From assembly GCF_000315625.1 (NCBI RefSeq), contig NW_005434607.1, forward strand, positions 121,903-185,902: 64,000 nt of DNA. The letters are read 5' to 3'. The notes under the pieces are model-generated. The model did not search any database. It was given only the letters and a program-made list of their open reading frames with translations, and had not been told where the DNA came from. Each line of letters opens with the position of its first letter. The first letter of the stretch is position 1. The stretch comes from Guillardia theta CCMP2712 (Eukaryota > Protista > Cryptophyta). The position numbers and the translations under genes are program-made. Shown piece after piece: positions 14,782 to 26,948 of the stretch.

Positions 14782-16390
14782 CTAATCTTCCGCTTGATTG
14801 CCTTCCACGACAGCATCCTGCATTCCACTGTCAAGAAGGCAAAACCAAGAGTCATCGCTCAACCTTTCCATCCCATTCAGGATACTTCGCAAAGCTGGGA
14901 GGCCAGGGTTTCAACTCTGAAGTTGCCTGAAAAGCAGCAATCACATTTCATGTCCAAGCACATTCATCAATCTCCACCTCCCGTCCGCGAAGTACATTGG
15001 AAAGGAACAAATCAATATCCGAAATCTACAGGGTAAAAGTGATTCTCATAAACTGACGGATTTTCGCAAGAATTTGACCTCGAACTTTCCTCGCATCACC
15101 GCGTACCGCCTCTTCGAAGGGCTGATTGCCACCAACGCGGGATAACCGAAGCCCAATCCCATCTTCTCTTCGAGCTCATAGCTTTCGCCGCCAGATGTCC
15201 ACATGAATCGAAAAGTTCTTCCTACCTTCTTCTTGACCTCTGACAATTTGTTCAACCTCGCATTGCGTCCGGCGCTTTGGTCGTCCAATATTTGCGGAAG
15301 GAATGTCAAGACACAAATGCCATGCCAATCTTCATTGCATTCGTCTTTGAACACTTTCAAGCTGTTGATTTCTGGTATCGGTCTCATGGTTCCAGTCGAT
15401 TCGAGATGCATTGTGACATATTGTACTATATCACTCGCAGTCCTCCCCCCGTTGTAGTCAACTGGAATCTTCTTTCCGTCATTGTCGCTCTTGAAAAGTT
15501 TGATTGTCGGATATCCCTGGACTCCATATTGTCCTGCTAGTCCGGTCTCTGCGGTTGCGTCTACAACCCCCAGCTTGAATTCTCCGGCCAATTGATTTGC
15601 TGCATCCTCCCACTCTGGTTTAAGTCGTTGGCAATGTCCGCACCACGGTGCCATAAATTGAACTAGCCAATCCTCTTTGCTATTCAACACCTTGGATTCA
15701 AAATCAGCTTGGTTCAGATGAATTACATGCGATTTCCCTCCCGAACGCTGCCTTGAGCTGCTGGATTCCTTTTCGGAATTCACTCCTCCAAGCCTCCCCA
15801 TCACTGCATCTTGGATCGCTTTCAGAGCGAATTGAGCTAATGCTTTCGCATTCCGTTGACCATTATAATCCTGAAGTAAATACTATCATATTCACGTTCA
15901 AGTCAAAGGTGAACTTACAGAAGGATTCCGTTTGTTCGTGCTGAAAAGTTTGATTGTTGGGAATCCTTTCACACCATACTGTCCAGCCAGGTCCTTATGT
16001 TCATCAGCATTCACCTGTTGCCCAACTAGTTAAAACGAACCATCGTATCAAAGAGAAGTCTGCGAACCTGCCCCACTTTGATTGAAGGCGATACCGCATC
16101 CGCAAACTTCTTCCATTCCGGAAAGAGGGCCTTCGCATCGCAAGTCAATTTCGCTATGGACGCAAGGAGCTTTTCCTCTTTTCACCTTGCAATGGCCGCA
16201 CCAGGGAGCATAGAACAGAATTACCCAGACATCCTGACTATCAATCTAAGTGGAGATAAGCAATTTCAGCCTGAATTCGATGTAGAGAGCATCAACAACA
16301 AACCACTCTTTGCTTGAACTCCTTCGCTGACAGCTCCTCGCCTCCAAGCGCACTCCCTTCACACCCATGAGGGAAAAGAGAGATCTAAAG
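14782..16390 (-). CDS. Protein disulfide isomerase, PDIA6/P5-like (two WCGHC thioredoxin domains plus C-terminal Trx-like domain); multi-exon, start uncertain
   Basis: Spliced reading [10 protein letters not shown]...[10 protein letters not shown]...DYNGQR, then [10 protein letters not shown]...QGYPTIKLF...DYNGGRT, then GFGYPALVA and PEWDGKD, as in the P5 family. Confidence 0.9.
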
Positions 16391-16685
16391 CAGAACTCGT
16401 TAACGATGGTTGATATCTGGGTGATATTCTCACTAGGAACACAAGAAGTATCCCTGATGGCAAACTCCTCGACATGTTGAACTGCCATGAGCGTTAAAAT
16501 CAGCCCTTCCCAACTATCCTTCTCCACAAACTCGTTCGCCTCCCTGCCTCGCTGCCTCCCTCTGCGCCTGTCTGTGTTCCTCCATGCTCATGATGGTCAC
16601 GTCACCATCGCCCCACCCCCGTCGTCGTGCCCGAGGCGAGCCTGCTAAAAATCCCTGACCGACCCTACACCATAACAGCGCCAAA

Positions 16686-19600
16686 ATGCAGGATCGGGAA
16701 CCTGACGAAAGATGCTTGCGATGTAAGGAAGAATTCTGGAGGGTCCAGATGACGATGCAAGGAGATGCTATCAAATGCGTCAGCCTTGTGTCTAGATATA
16801 GGATCTTCCTTAACCAACAGAAGCGCTGCTCTGGTGATGTTGAAGCATTGTAAAACACAAACACACAGACTCGGACCTGTAACAGTCAAACTATGATGCC
16901 TGCAGAGATTCCAATCTCTGAAAAAGTTAAGACAAGATTCAAACAAGGTTTCAGGACAGGAACAGTCCACCTAGAGAAAATGAAATTGATGTCAATTCCA
17001 GGTAAATCTCCGCTGATCAACAAACACAACGAAGAGATAATGGTGGTTGACTGCCTGTGTAGATGACCTCTTCAACAATCAATTACCCAATCTGATGATG
17101 ATCAAGGAGCTATACCTTGAAAATAATTTGCTTACTGTTTTACCTGATCTTATTGGAAACCTGTTCAATCTATACGAATTACGGTTGATGAACAACCAGC
17201 TTGTATGTGTTGATAGTTTGATCCAATAGCTGCTCACACGATTTCGTAAGGTGTCACTTCCATCGACTTTAGGACTTCTAACGAATCTTCAACTATTGTT
17301 TCTTCAACACAACAACTTGAATACTTTACCAGGTCAGCAACCTCTCCTTGTTGAGTCATCTGACCGCCGCACAGCTGAGATCGGAGCCTGTATGTCACTG
17401 CGAGTCATTCTTCTCGATTCAAATCCAGTCACTGAGATCCCGCCTCAAGTTGGTCTTCTCACCAAGCTCCGTGAATTGAATCTCGAGAATGTGACCACTC
17501 TACGAAATCCTCCGCAATCTGTGCGAAGCAGGGGGCTTCAAGCGATTCAGAAGTACCTGTCGTCTTTCTGTTCCGCTAAGGTCAGTCGCATCTCGTAAGT
17601 CCAGGAACTGATTCCTGCTCTTCAGGATACGTCAGAACTCACACTTTCAAACTATAACCTTGACCACATGTTGGTGTCAGATTTGCTTTACATTTCTATG
17701 ATGCTGTGAAATCTGCAGGCCTGTAACCAAGAACTTACAACATATTGTTTCATTAAATATGCCCGGCAACCGACTTTCATACCTCGGTAAATTTCTCCAT
17801 GCAATTGCAGTGATGTGACATGGAATTACCAGGCCCTTCCATTGTACGATTCTGCAATATCAAGAAAATCAATCTTGCAGACAATGCTATCGAATACTTT
17901 CCTTCTGAACTTCTGTGCCTTGGTACCCTCGAAGAACTAGATTTGAGCTTCAATCAGGTGAAAAACATTTGTGATAATGAAAATGCGTGTTCAAATCTTT
18001 TATTCATTAGATTCATTCGTTACCAACCAATTTTCGATTCATGACAAAATTGACTGAGTTTCTGATATCTCACAATTCCATACGCCTGTTGGACTCAGGT
18101 GCTTGATGTTGCTCTGGGAAACAAAGGATCATTGTCCAATGCTTGCAGGGCTTGGGGATCTCAATCAGCTCCGTCGTCTCGTATGTGCGGGAAATGCAAT
18201 AACACGTCTCTCTCCAAATATTAGACTTTGCAGCGCTATGAAAGAGCTCAACATAACTTCAAACCGTGTTTCATTTTTACCAAAAGAACTTTTTGAACTT
18301 TGTAACCTAGAGGTTTTGGACGTATCTCGGAACGATTTGATTGAGATTCCTTCCAATATTGGGAATTGTACCAGCCTAAGAAAATTAATCATTGAAAGGT
18401 CTATGTGGCTTGCCATGAAATCGAAGTTTCTCAATCAGTTTGACAGGAACAAGATTGAAGTTCTGCGGAAAGAAATCGGAGCTCTTGAAGGTGACAAGAG
18501 AGGACAACGAACCACTTCTTGAATTGCTATACAAAGATACGTTGGAAGTTTTCCGGTACGAAGAAAACCCTTTGCGTATCCCACCGAAAGATATCCGAAT
18601 GAAGACGTCCAAGTTTGTTATTGTAAGTAAAATAGTGGGTTTCCAATCAATTTGATCAGACTTGTAGGAATACCTAGCAAGAATCTTGAAGGCTTCTTAT
18701 ACTGATGCTTTGGACCTTAGCGAACAGGGGCTCAGGGTGCGACATTGGAATTGAATCAGGAATTTCTAATTTTGGGTATAGGTGTTCCCTATTGAAGTAT
18801 GGCAACTTGAAAAATTATCTCTTCTTTGCATGAAGAGCAATTCAATCAATACTTTACCCGCTGACATCAACAAGTTACAATCGCTGACTGAATTGGACAT
18901 GTCTGAAAATCGGGTGAATTCGTCAAGCTTGTGCCTTCCAAACAATCTTGAAGTGACATTTCTTTCATCCAGATCGTAATTTTGCCTAGAGAAATTGGTG
19001 ATTTAATGCATCTCAAAATTTTCTTGTCACATTCAAATCAAATTACAAAGCTACCAGATGGTAAGGCGGTGTACTTGTGTCGATGAACAATAATCAAATC
19101 AAATTCTAGAATTTGCAAAATGTTGCGAACTTATTCAGCTGGATTTGCACTCAAATAAATTGGTGGGCATGAAGCTGTTTTGAGTGTATTTGATTTATCG
19201 CTACAGGTGAATATTTGCTCGTGGATCAGTTGCTTTTCGGATCTGAAGATCTTGAACTTGAGCAATAATAGTCTGCAAGAACTTCCTCAGCAAATCAGTG
19301 ACCTACACCATCTCGGGATGTTGGAGCTTGCGAACAACATGATATCTGTGCTTCCATTCGCTATGTTTCGCTTGACCTCGTTGTATTCTCTCAAGTTGAC
19401 AAATAATCCTCTACAATCTCCACCACCAGAACTTATTGATGCGCCGTTTCAAACTCTCCTTGATTACCTAAGGCAAATATTTGAAGCCGAAGATACGTCG
19501 ACTTTGAACCTGTCTGGTAGGAATTGCACAAATTCTGATTCCAAATTTGATGTTGTTTCAGGCTTTCTCTTGTTGGAAATTCCAGTCAAAATATTCGATC

Positions 19601-22600
19601 TCCGATCCCTTACTTCAGTGAATTTGAGCTCGAATAGGTTGAATTTCTCAAACAGATCTGTATCTAAACAGTTTTTGACAGAATACGCCGTCTTCCTTAC
19701 CAAATTTCAAATCTCATCGATGTACAAAGTTTGAATCTAGGAGAGAATTCAATGAGAGATCTGCCTGAGCAAATATCCTATCTGACCAATCTTACGAATC
19801 TGGACATAAGTCACAATGAATTTAGCTATTGGCCAGATGCCGTAAATCTCTGTGGTTTTTTGCGAGGTGAAAACACAAGTAATTGTATGCTATGCTGACA
19901 TGAATTCTAGAAATCAAGATTAATCACAATCTGATGCAAAGAATACCGCCTTCGATCAAGTCCTTGACAAATTTGGAGTTGTTGGATGTTTCAGACAATG
20001 ATCTAGACAATTTGACTGATAGCATCGGTAATTTGCGGAAGCTGAGACGCATAACACTTGCAGGAAACAGACTGGCAGGGTTACCGCAGACTTTTGGAAA
20101 CCTCACCAATCTCAAAGTCTTGGACTTGAGATCAAATCTGTTTGCTGCATTGCCTCAGATGATAGCTTTTCTTACAAACCTCGAAGACCTCAACATCCAA
20201 GAGAATAACATGGACATAGCACGAGCTGAAATACCTGGTCTTGGACTCGTTGGAATGATTCGATACTTTCAGGTATACAATACGCTTTGTCACCCATGAT
20301 TCGATCTGACTTGTTTGAAGGCACTTTCCAGATGTGAGGTCACAGGAAACCTTAGCCTTGACGTTCTTGGAATTTACGAAATTCCAACTGAGGTTTTCAG
20401 CTTCTCTCAAATCACTCAGATTTCTTTGATCTGTAATTCCCTCACTGCCATCCCAAAGCAAATCTCAAATTTGAACCTCTTACGATCATTGACAATCAGA
20501 TCGAATAAGTTGAACAAAATTACAGAATCGGTTTCTCTGTTGACACAATTGCAGTTTCTTGATCTGAAGGGAAATGCGATCGAATTATTTCCTCCTTCTA
20601 TTCTTCCATTGGGATCTTTGACTTTCTTGGACATGTCAGAAAATCGAATTCGGGATGTTCACGAAGGTGTACACTTGCTCTCAAGTTTGCAGGATCTTCA
20701 CATGGAATATAATAACATTTCAATTATTCCACCCAACCTTGGTCGACTGTATCAATTAAAATGCCTTCATCTGCAACACAACGAAATTCAAGATATTAAA
20801 AATTCCACGGGCACACTAACAAATTTAACTGACTTGGATATGAGTCACAATAAGCTGATTAAAATTGGGCCAGATTTTCGAGGGAATAAGAATCTTACAA
20901 GATTGAACATTTCAAACAATAGAATATTGCGGTTGCCTGCCGAAATAGGAATGCTAGAGCGGTTGAGGACTTTCCTGTTCATGCCAAATCCTTTTCAATT
21001 GCCTCATTCTCAATTGGTCACGTCGGGAAGCGAAATACTCCAAGAGTATTTGCATGTCTTGTCTTTGGCAGGACAAACAAACGAAGTTTCCATGGACGGT
21101 CTCGAGTTGCAAGAATATCCACTTGAAACTTTGGAGTACAGAAACTTGACAAGTTTGTCCTTGTCCAATAACAGGATTCAATCTTTGCCTTCTAATATAA
21201 GTAAGCTAAGCAACTTGACCAAACTTTGCATCACAGCAAATCACGTAGAGAAACTGCCCGATGCGATCGCGCACCTTACCTCGTTGTCACATCTGGAGGC
21301 TGACAATAACAAAGTTGTGACGTTCCCGAAAAAGCTTGGAAATCTAGCAGGAATGAAGGTTCTTTCCTTGAACCATAATTTTCTAGATTCGTTACCCGCG
21401 GATATTTATCACTTGACTAAATTGCAGATTCTCGGTCTTTCTGGGAATCCTTTGAGGGATCCGTATAGGATTTTGGTTGAAAGAGGGATCTATTCAGTTC
21501 TTGAATTCTTTCGCAAGCTGGCAGAAGCAAATTCTTCAGGACAATTGATCTTGAACAATGCATTCGTTGATGTCATCCCTGTGGAGATACTGCCCAGAGA
21601 TGTTACTTGCTTGGAGCTGAGAGGAAACAACTTTTCCAAATTGCCTGCATTTGCAGGGGAACTTGAAAGTCTGACGGAAATCGACCTTAGTGAAAATCGA
21701 CTGCATTCATGGTCAGCTGAATTTCCCAGTAATTCGCATCTTGAAAAACTCAATCTGCGAGGGAATCGCTTAAGAAATCCATTCGATGACCTTTTCATGG
21801 CCAAACGCTTGCGAATTTTGAATATTTCAAATAATGAAATCACCTCCATTCCCCGAAACATATTCACTGACTTGATCAACCTAAAGTCTCTGAACATGAA
21901 TTGGAATCTGTTGAGATTTGTTCCATCAATCAAAAACTTGACGGCAATCAATTGTCTTTCAGCAGTGGGCAATCGAATCGCATCTTTGGACTCTATGGAA
22001 GCCCAATTGGCTCCCCAATTGAAGGAATTGTGGGTTTCCGACAATGAGATTCTTGTTTATCCCACGTGGATTTTTGATAGAGGAATAATTGAGTATGTAG
22101 ATGTCGATTTGAGAACACTACCCTTTGTCGAAGCAACTGCTGATGATGTGGACAAGAAGATAAAGGACATTTTGCGCACTTGGTTTCCTGGTCTACGCTT
22201 AGACATGTGCAATTTTATGTTGGACACTGTGCCAAAGGAAGTTTTCCAGAAGTTGAATTTGGAGAATCTTTACCTTTCCGGAAATATCCTGAACAACATC
22301 GACAAGAATATAGGAATGTTGGTCCATTTGAAACAGATATTTTTAGTTCATAACAGGCTGAAGGATCTTCCAGCTTCGTTTGGAACCCTCGTTGATTTGC
22401 AGCTTCTCATGTTGGACCATAACAGATTCTCAATTATCCCACAATGCATTTTCAAACTCAAGAACTTGCTCAAGTTGACAATTTCCTTCAATGATCTGAA
22501 GGGTGAACTCAGTCCAGAGGTCGGATCTCTTCAGCTGCTGGAGATTTTGTGGTTGAATAACAATTCTCTTGATGTTCTGCCAGATGACATCGGCAAATGC

Positions 22601-25600
22601 CATAATCTAAAGGAGATGTGTCTAAAGCATAACAGATTGTATCATCTTCCAGAAACCATGATGTTTCTTAGTGGCCTGAGGTTGCTTGACGTATCTTACA
22701 ACGCTCTCTCTACTTTATGTCTACCACAACAACTCGGAGCCTTGACTGCTGTGCAGGAACTCATGCTTGAAGGAAACATGATAGATGCCACCGAGATTGA
22801 GTTGAAAGAAATAGGTAACTCTTCTTTTCTGCAAATATCTCGACGAATGTTGGAAAGTTATGAAAGTGGAACTCTGGATATGAATCTGATGAATATAAGC
22901 TCAATACCAACTCCAATTTTTCAAATGTCGCACCTTGTCAGCTTATTTCTAGCAGATAATCAGTTGAACGAGATCCCAGAAAGTATTTCACTTCTTACCA
23001 ATCTAGTAACGCTTGACATATCTCGAAATTTTCTTCACTCCCTCCCCAGTGAGATGATCCACCTTTCGCTTGAGGTTTTCTGCATTCATGCAAATGAATT
23101 CGCTGCGTTACCCCTTATAATTTACAAATTTGGAACTCAATCTAGGATACAAAACGAATTGATGGATGTTGAAGAGAATTTGATCGAGGATTGTTCGTTG
23201 CTTTCTCTTGATGCCAGTCACAATAGAGTGATAAATTTGTCTTCGCACTGTCAAAACATGAAGCAGTTGACAAACCTGAATCTGAGCGTGAACAAGATCA
23301 CTAGGATTCCTCTATCGATACAGAACCTGACTAATCTTCAATCTTTGGATTTGTCAAAGAATGATTTGACGCTGATTCCTGCTGAAATCTCGAGATGTAC
23401 GGCACTCACAAGTATAGAGTTTGAGCAAAATCAAATACGATTCTTGCCGAAGGCTATTGGAGCTCTGAAGAATTTGAGAACATTGAATCTCAAGAAGAAC
23501 TCTCTCACTTCCTTGCCATTATCTTTGTCCGACATACCGAATCTGTCTAATCTAGAGTTTCTGGAAAATGATATTGTTCTACCTTCCAGGGAGATTCAAC
23601 TGTTGGGCACATCATTTATGCTTAGATATATGGCTTCGGTGAAGCTTGCCAAATCTACAAATAGCCTTACTCTTGCTGGGTTTTGTTTGAGTTCCATTCC
23701 AAGAGAGATTTTTCAGTTCAAGGGATGCGCTCAAGTGACGTCATTGAATCTCCAAGACAACAAACTATCGGAGCTCGAACTCAATGTAGCACAAATGTTT
23801 GAACGACTTGAAAAGTTGAATCTTGCAAACAATCATCTTTCAAACCTTCCTGCTAATTTCGATCTTCTGAAGTCATTGCAGCACCTTGTGCTAGATCAGA
23901 ATCAATTTATGGAATGGCCAACAATATTGTGGAAGATGACCAGCTTAAGACGTTGCTCAGTTTGTGAAAACAAGCTTTCGAGGATTCCTGGTCAGATTCT
24001 CCTTTTGTCAAACTTGACTGATTTGAAATTTGACGAAAATGAAATCATTTTCCCACCAACTGAGATACGAATGCAAGGTTTTACTGTCATCTGCAAATAC
24101 CTCCGATGTCTTCAATATTTCTCTCATGACACAGGATGTGAGATGAAAAGTCTGGGTTTGTCCACCTTTCCTTTGCTATGGGATTATCCAGAGACATCTT
24201 GGTTTGGATCTGTTCCAATTCTGAACTTAAAAGATAATCAAATAGAAGACATTCCGTCTGGAATCGATATCATGAAAGGTTTGTGAAATCATGCTCCTTT
24301 CTGGTTTTTCCTGACGTCTCTTGAATGCAGCATTGGAAGAGCTTGATCTTGAAGACAATCGAATCAATATTCTGCCGAAGGAGCTCTTTGATCTCGAAAA
24401 ATTGAGGATATTGAGACTCTCAAACAACAGTTTGAAGGAATTTCCAGAGTTGACAAAGTTACATATATCTCTACGCTCCATTGATTTGTCAAAGAATAGA
24501 CTGACTTCCTTTCCAAAAGGTCTGAACCACTTCCCTGAATTGAGGTTGATGAACTTGGACGAAAATATGATTTCAAACCTCCCTGAAGACTTCTCCGGAT
24601 TGGATAATCTACAAACACTGTACATTTCCAAGAATAGTCTTGAGATGCTTCCAGAAACTTTCACTTCTTTAACGGGATTGACCGAACTGAGGCTAAATCA
24701 CAACAAGTTGAAGCAAATTCCGCATTGTCTGTTGCACATGACAACGGTCAGCATTCTCAAGCTTGAAGGCAACTACATAGAAAATATCACGGAAGAGATA
24801 TCATCGAAATCCACAGCTACAGTGCTGCGATACAGAGAACTCTTAGAGAAGGCCAGGATTGACCATGTGCTGAACATCAATAATCTTGCTTTGCGCAGCG
24901 TGCCTCAAGAAGTGGGAGATTTGGTCACTTTGAAAATCTTGAACATTTCTAATAATCAAATTGTTGAAATTCCAGTATTTTTCGCACAACTTTTGCATCT
25001 TGAAAGTCTTGACCTCTCGTACAATAAAGTGGAAAAGCTTCCTGATGTATGGAGTTCGTTAAAGAAGTTGAAATATCTGAGAATCAATTGCAATGCAGTC
25101 GAAGTTCTGCCCGAAAGTTGTGGATTGCTGGAATCACTCATGGGCTTTCACGCAGCCTACAACAAGTTCAAAGGAATCCCAGACAGCACTTCAAGATTAA
25201 GCTCTTTAACTGTCCTTGATTTGCAATATAATGAGATTTCAAAGTTTCATGATTCTATCTTTTCCTTGTTCAATTTAGTCAGTCTCAAGCTGAACAATAA
25301 TATGATACGATCGTTGTTAGACAGTGACGCCTGGGTGAATTTGAGCAAGATCCAGATATTGCACCTTCATTCGAATCAGTTGTACTCTCTACCTTGGGCA
25401 ATTGGGAAGCTGGTAGAGCTCTCAGATTTCACGTATTACTCCAACGAATTGCATACGCCAACACCTGAAATCCTTGCTGGGGGAGTCCAAAAGGTAAAGC
25501 TGTACATGAACAAGGTAAATAAAAGCAAAGAAGATCAAACTTTGGATATATCCAAAATGGAGCTTTCAACATATCCTCTCGAGTTGAAAACCTTTCAATC

Positions 25601-26456
25601 CATTACCTCGTTGAACATGTCTGGAAACAGGATATTTGAACTTGACGAGGTCATCTCACAGATGAACATGATGCAATTCCTGGATGTCTCTCGGAATGCT
25701 CTTCACCGCCTTCCAGAAAGCTTGGCTAGATGTTCACACTTGAATAAGATAATCGCCAGCCATAACCGCATCAAGATGATTCCCCGATCCTTTCGTCAGC
25801 TGAATCGCTTGCGAGAATTGTACATAGACAACAATTGCCTGGAAGAATTTCCTGCGTATCTAAAGTTCATGAATCAGATGATGCGCTTGGAAATTCAGAA
25901 CAACGGCTTGAAAGAATTAGGCTCAGAATCAGCGAACTACACTGACGTTGACTCGAGTGGCAAGCAAGAGGTGGCCCTTTCAACTTCTTCAAGTAATCAA
26001 CTCATCTACCTTGAGGCCAGTGACAATCAAATCACATCACTCCCAAGATGGATCCAGGACTCTAAATCTCTTGTCAGGTTAGGTTTGGACAACAACATGA
26101 TTCGATTCCTGCCATCGGGTATCACACAATTGACCAATTTGAGGAGTTTTGTGATGAGGAACAACGACTTGCAGCAGCTGCCTCTTGAAATTGAGGCCTT
26201 CTCCAGCTTGGTCGAGCTACGACTTGACAGAAACGGTCTTGCGAACCTCCCAGGCACGATGCAGTTTTTACAGCAGCTGAGGTATTTGTCCTTGGCAGAG
26301 AACAATTTGACGGGGAGGTGGAACTTCTTTCCGATCCAGTACCTGTCGAACTTGATTGAATTGAGACTGGCAGGAAACTACTTGACTGCTCCTCCTCGTG
26401 GAGTCGGCAGATTGAAAAATCTCCTCTTGTTCGATTGGAGACCGAAAGAAGAATAA
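16686..26456 (+). CDS. Giant leucine-rich-repeat protein (~2,900 aa); about 20 short introns 5' of 20320, then exons 20321-24278 and 24331-26456
   Basis: Continuous LxxLxLxxNxLxxLP repeats across ORFs 17047 to 24321. GT-AG introns 20273-20320 and 24279-24330 keep frame. Start codon tentative. Confidence 0.88.
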
Positions 26457-26948
26457 AGGTTAATCCTTGTAAGTTTCAACGATGTGATCAGCCATTCGCC
26501 TCCTCACTCCTGCAAGGTGTAGATGGGGGCTACTGTCCTCATGTGAAAATCAATGCAAGTCTTGAAACAAGTCATCTACTTGCGTGAATGGCTTCGAAAA
26601 TCGGACTCATTCACTCCACCTCTCCTCTGGAGCAAGACTGCAGCAAGACTCGTAGGTAAAGAGGCATGAGGGAATCATGCTTAGCTGCAGTGCTCGAACA
26701 AGGGTGGAAGGGTCTGCTAGATCAGAGCAGCAGCAAGTCGTTTCAGTGGACTCGTAGATGCTGCGAGACTGTAATCCCTTGTGCCGATCTAACACCAAGA
26801 CTCCTAACGCCTCCGCAAGTGCCCCGTTAGGCACCCTACGGTAGAGCAGCTGTTCCTCGAGTCTCGCACTAGTAGTTTTACCCTATCGTCGACCCCTGCT
26901 TGATAAGTAAAAAATCAGAGCACTTGCCAAGGGAAGTGGAATGGCCAG

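Noticed and set aside
16686-26456. Roco/LRRK-type kinase or NLR
   Set aside because: No P-loop, ROC, COR, NACHT or kinase motifs found in the reconstructed protein.
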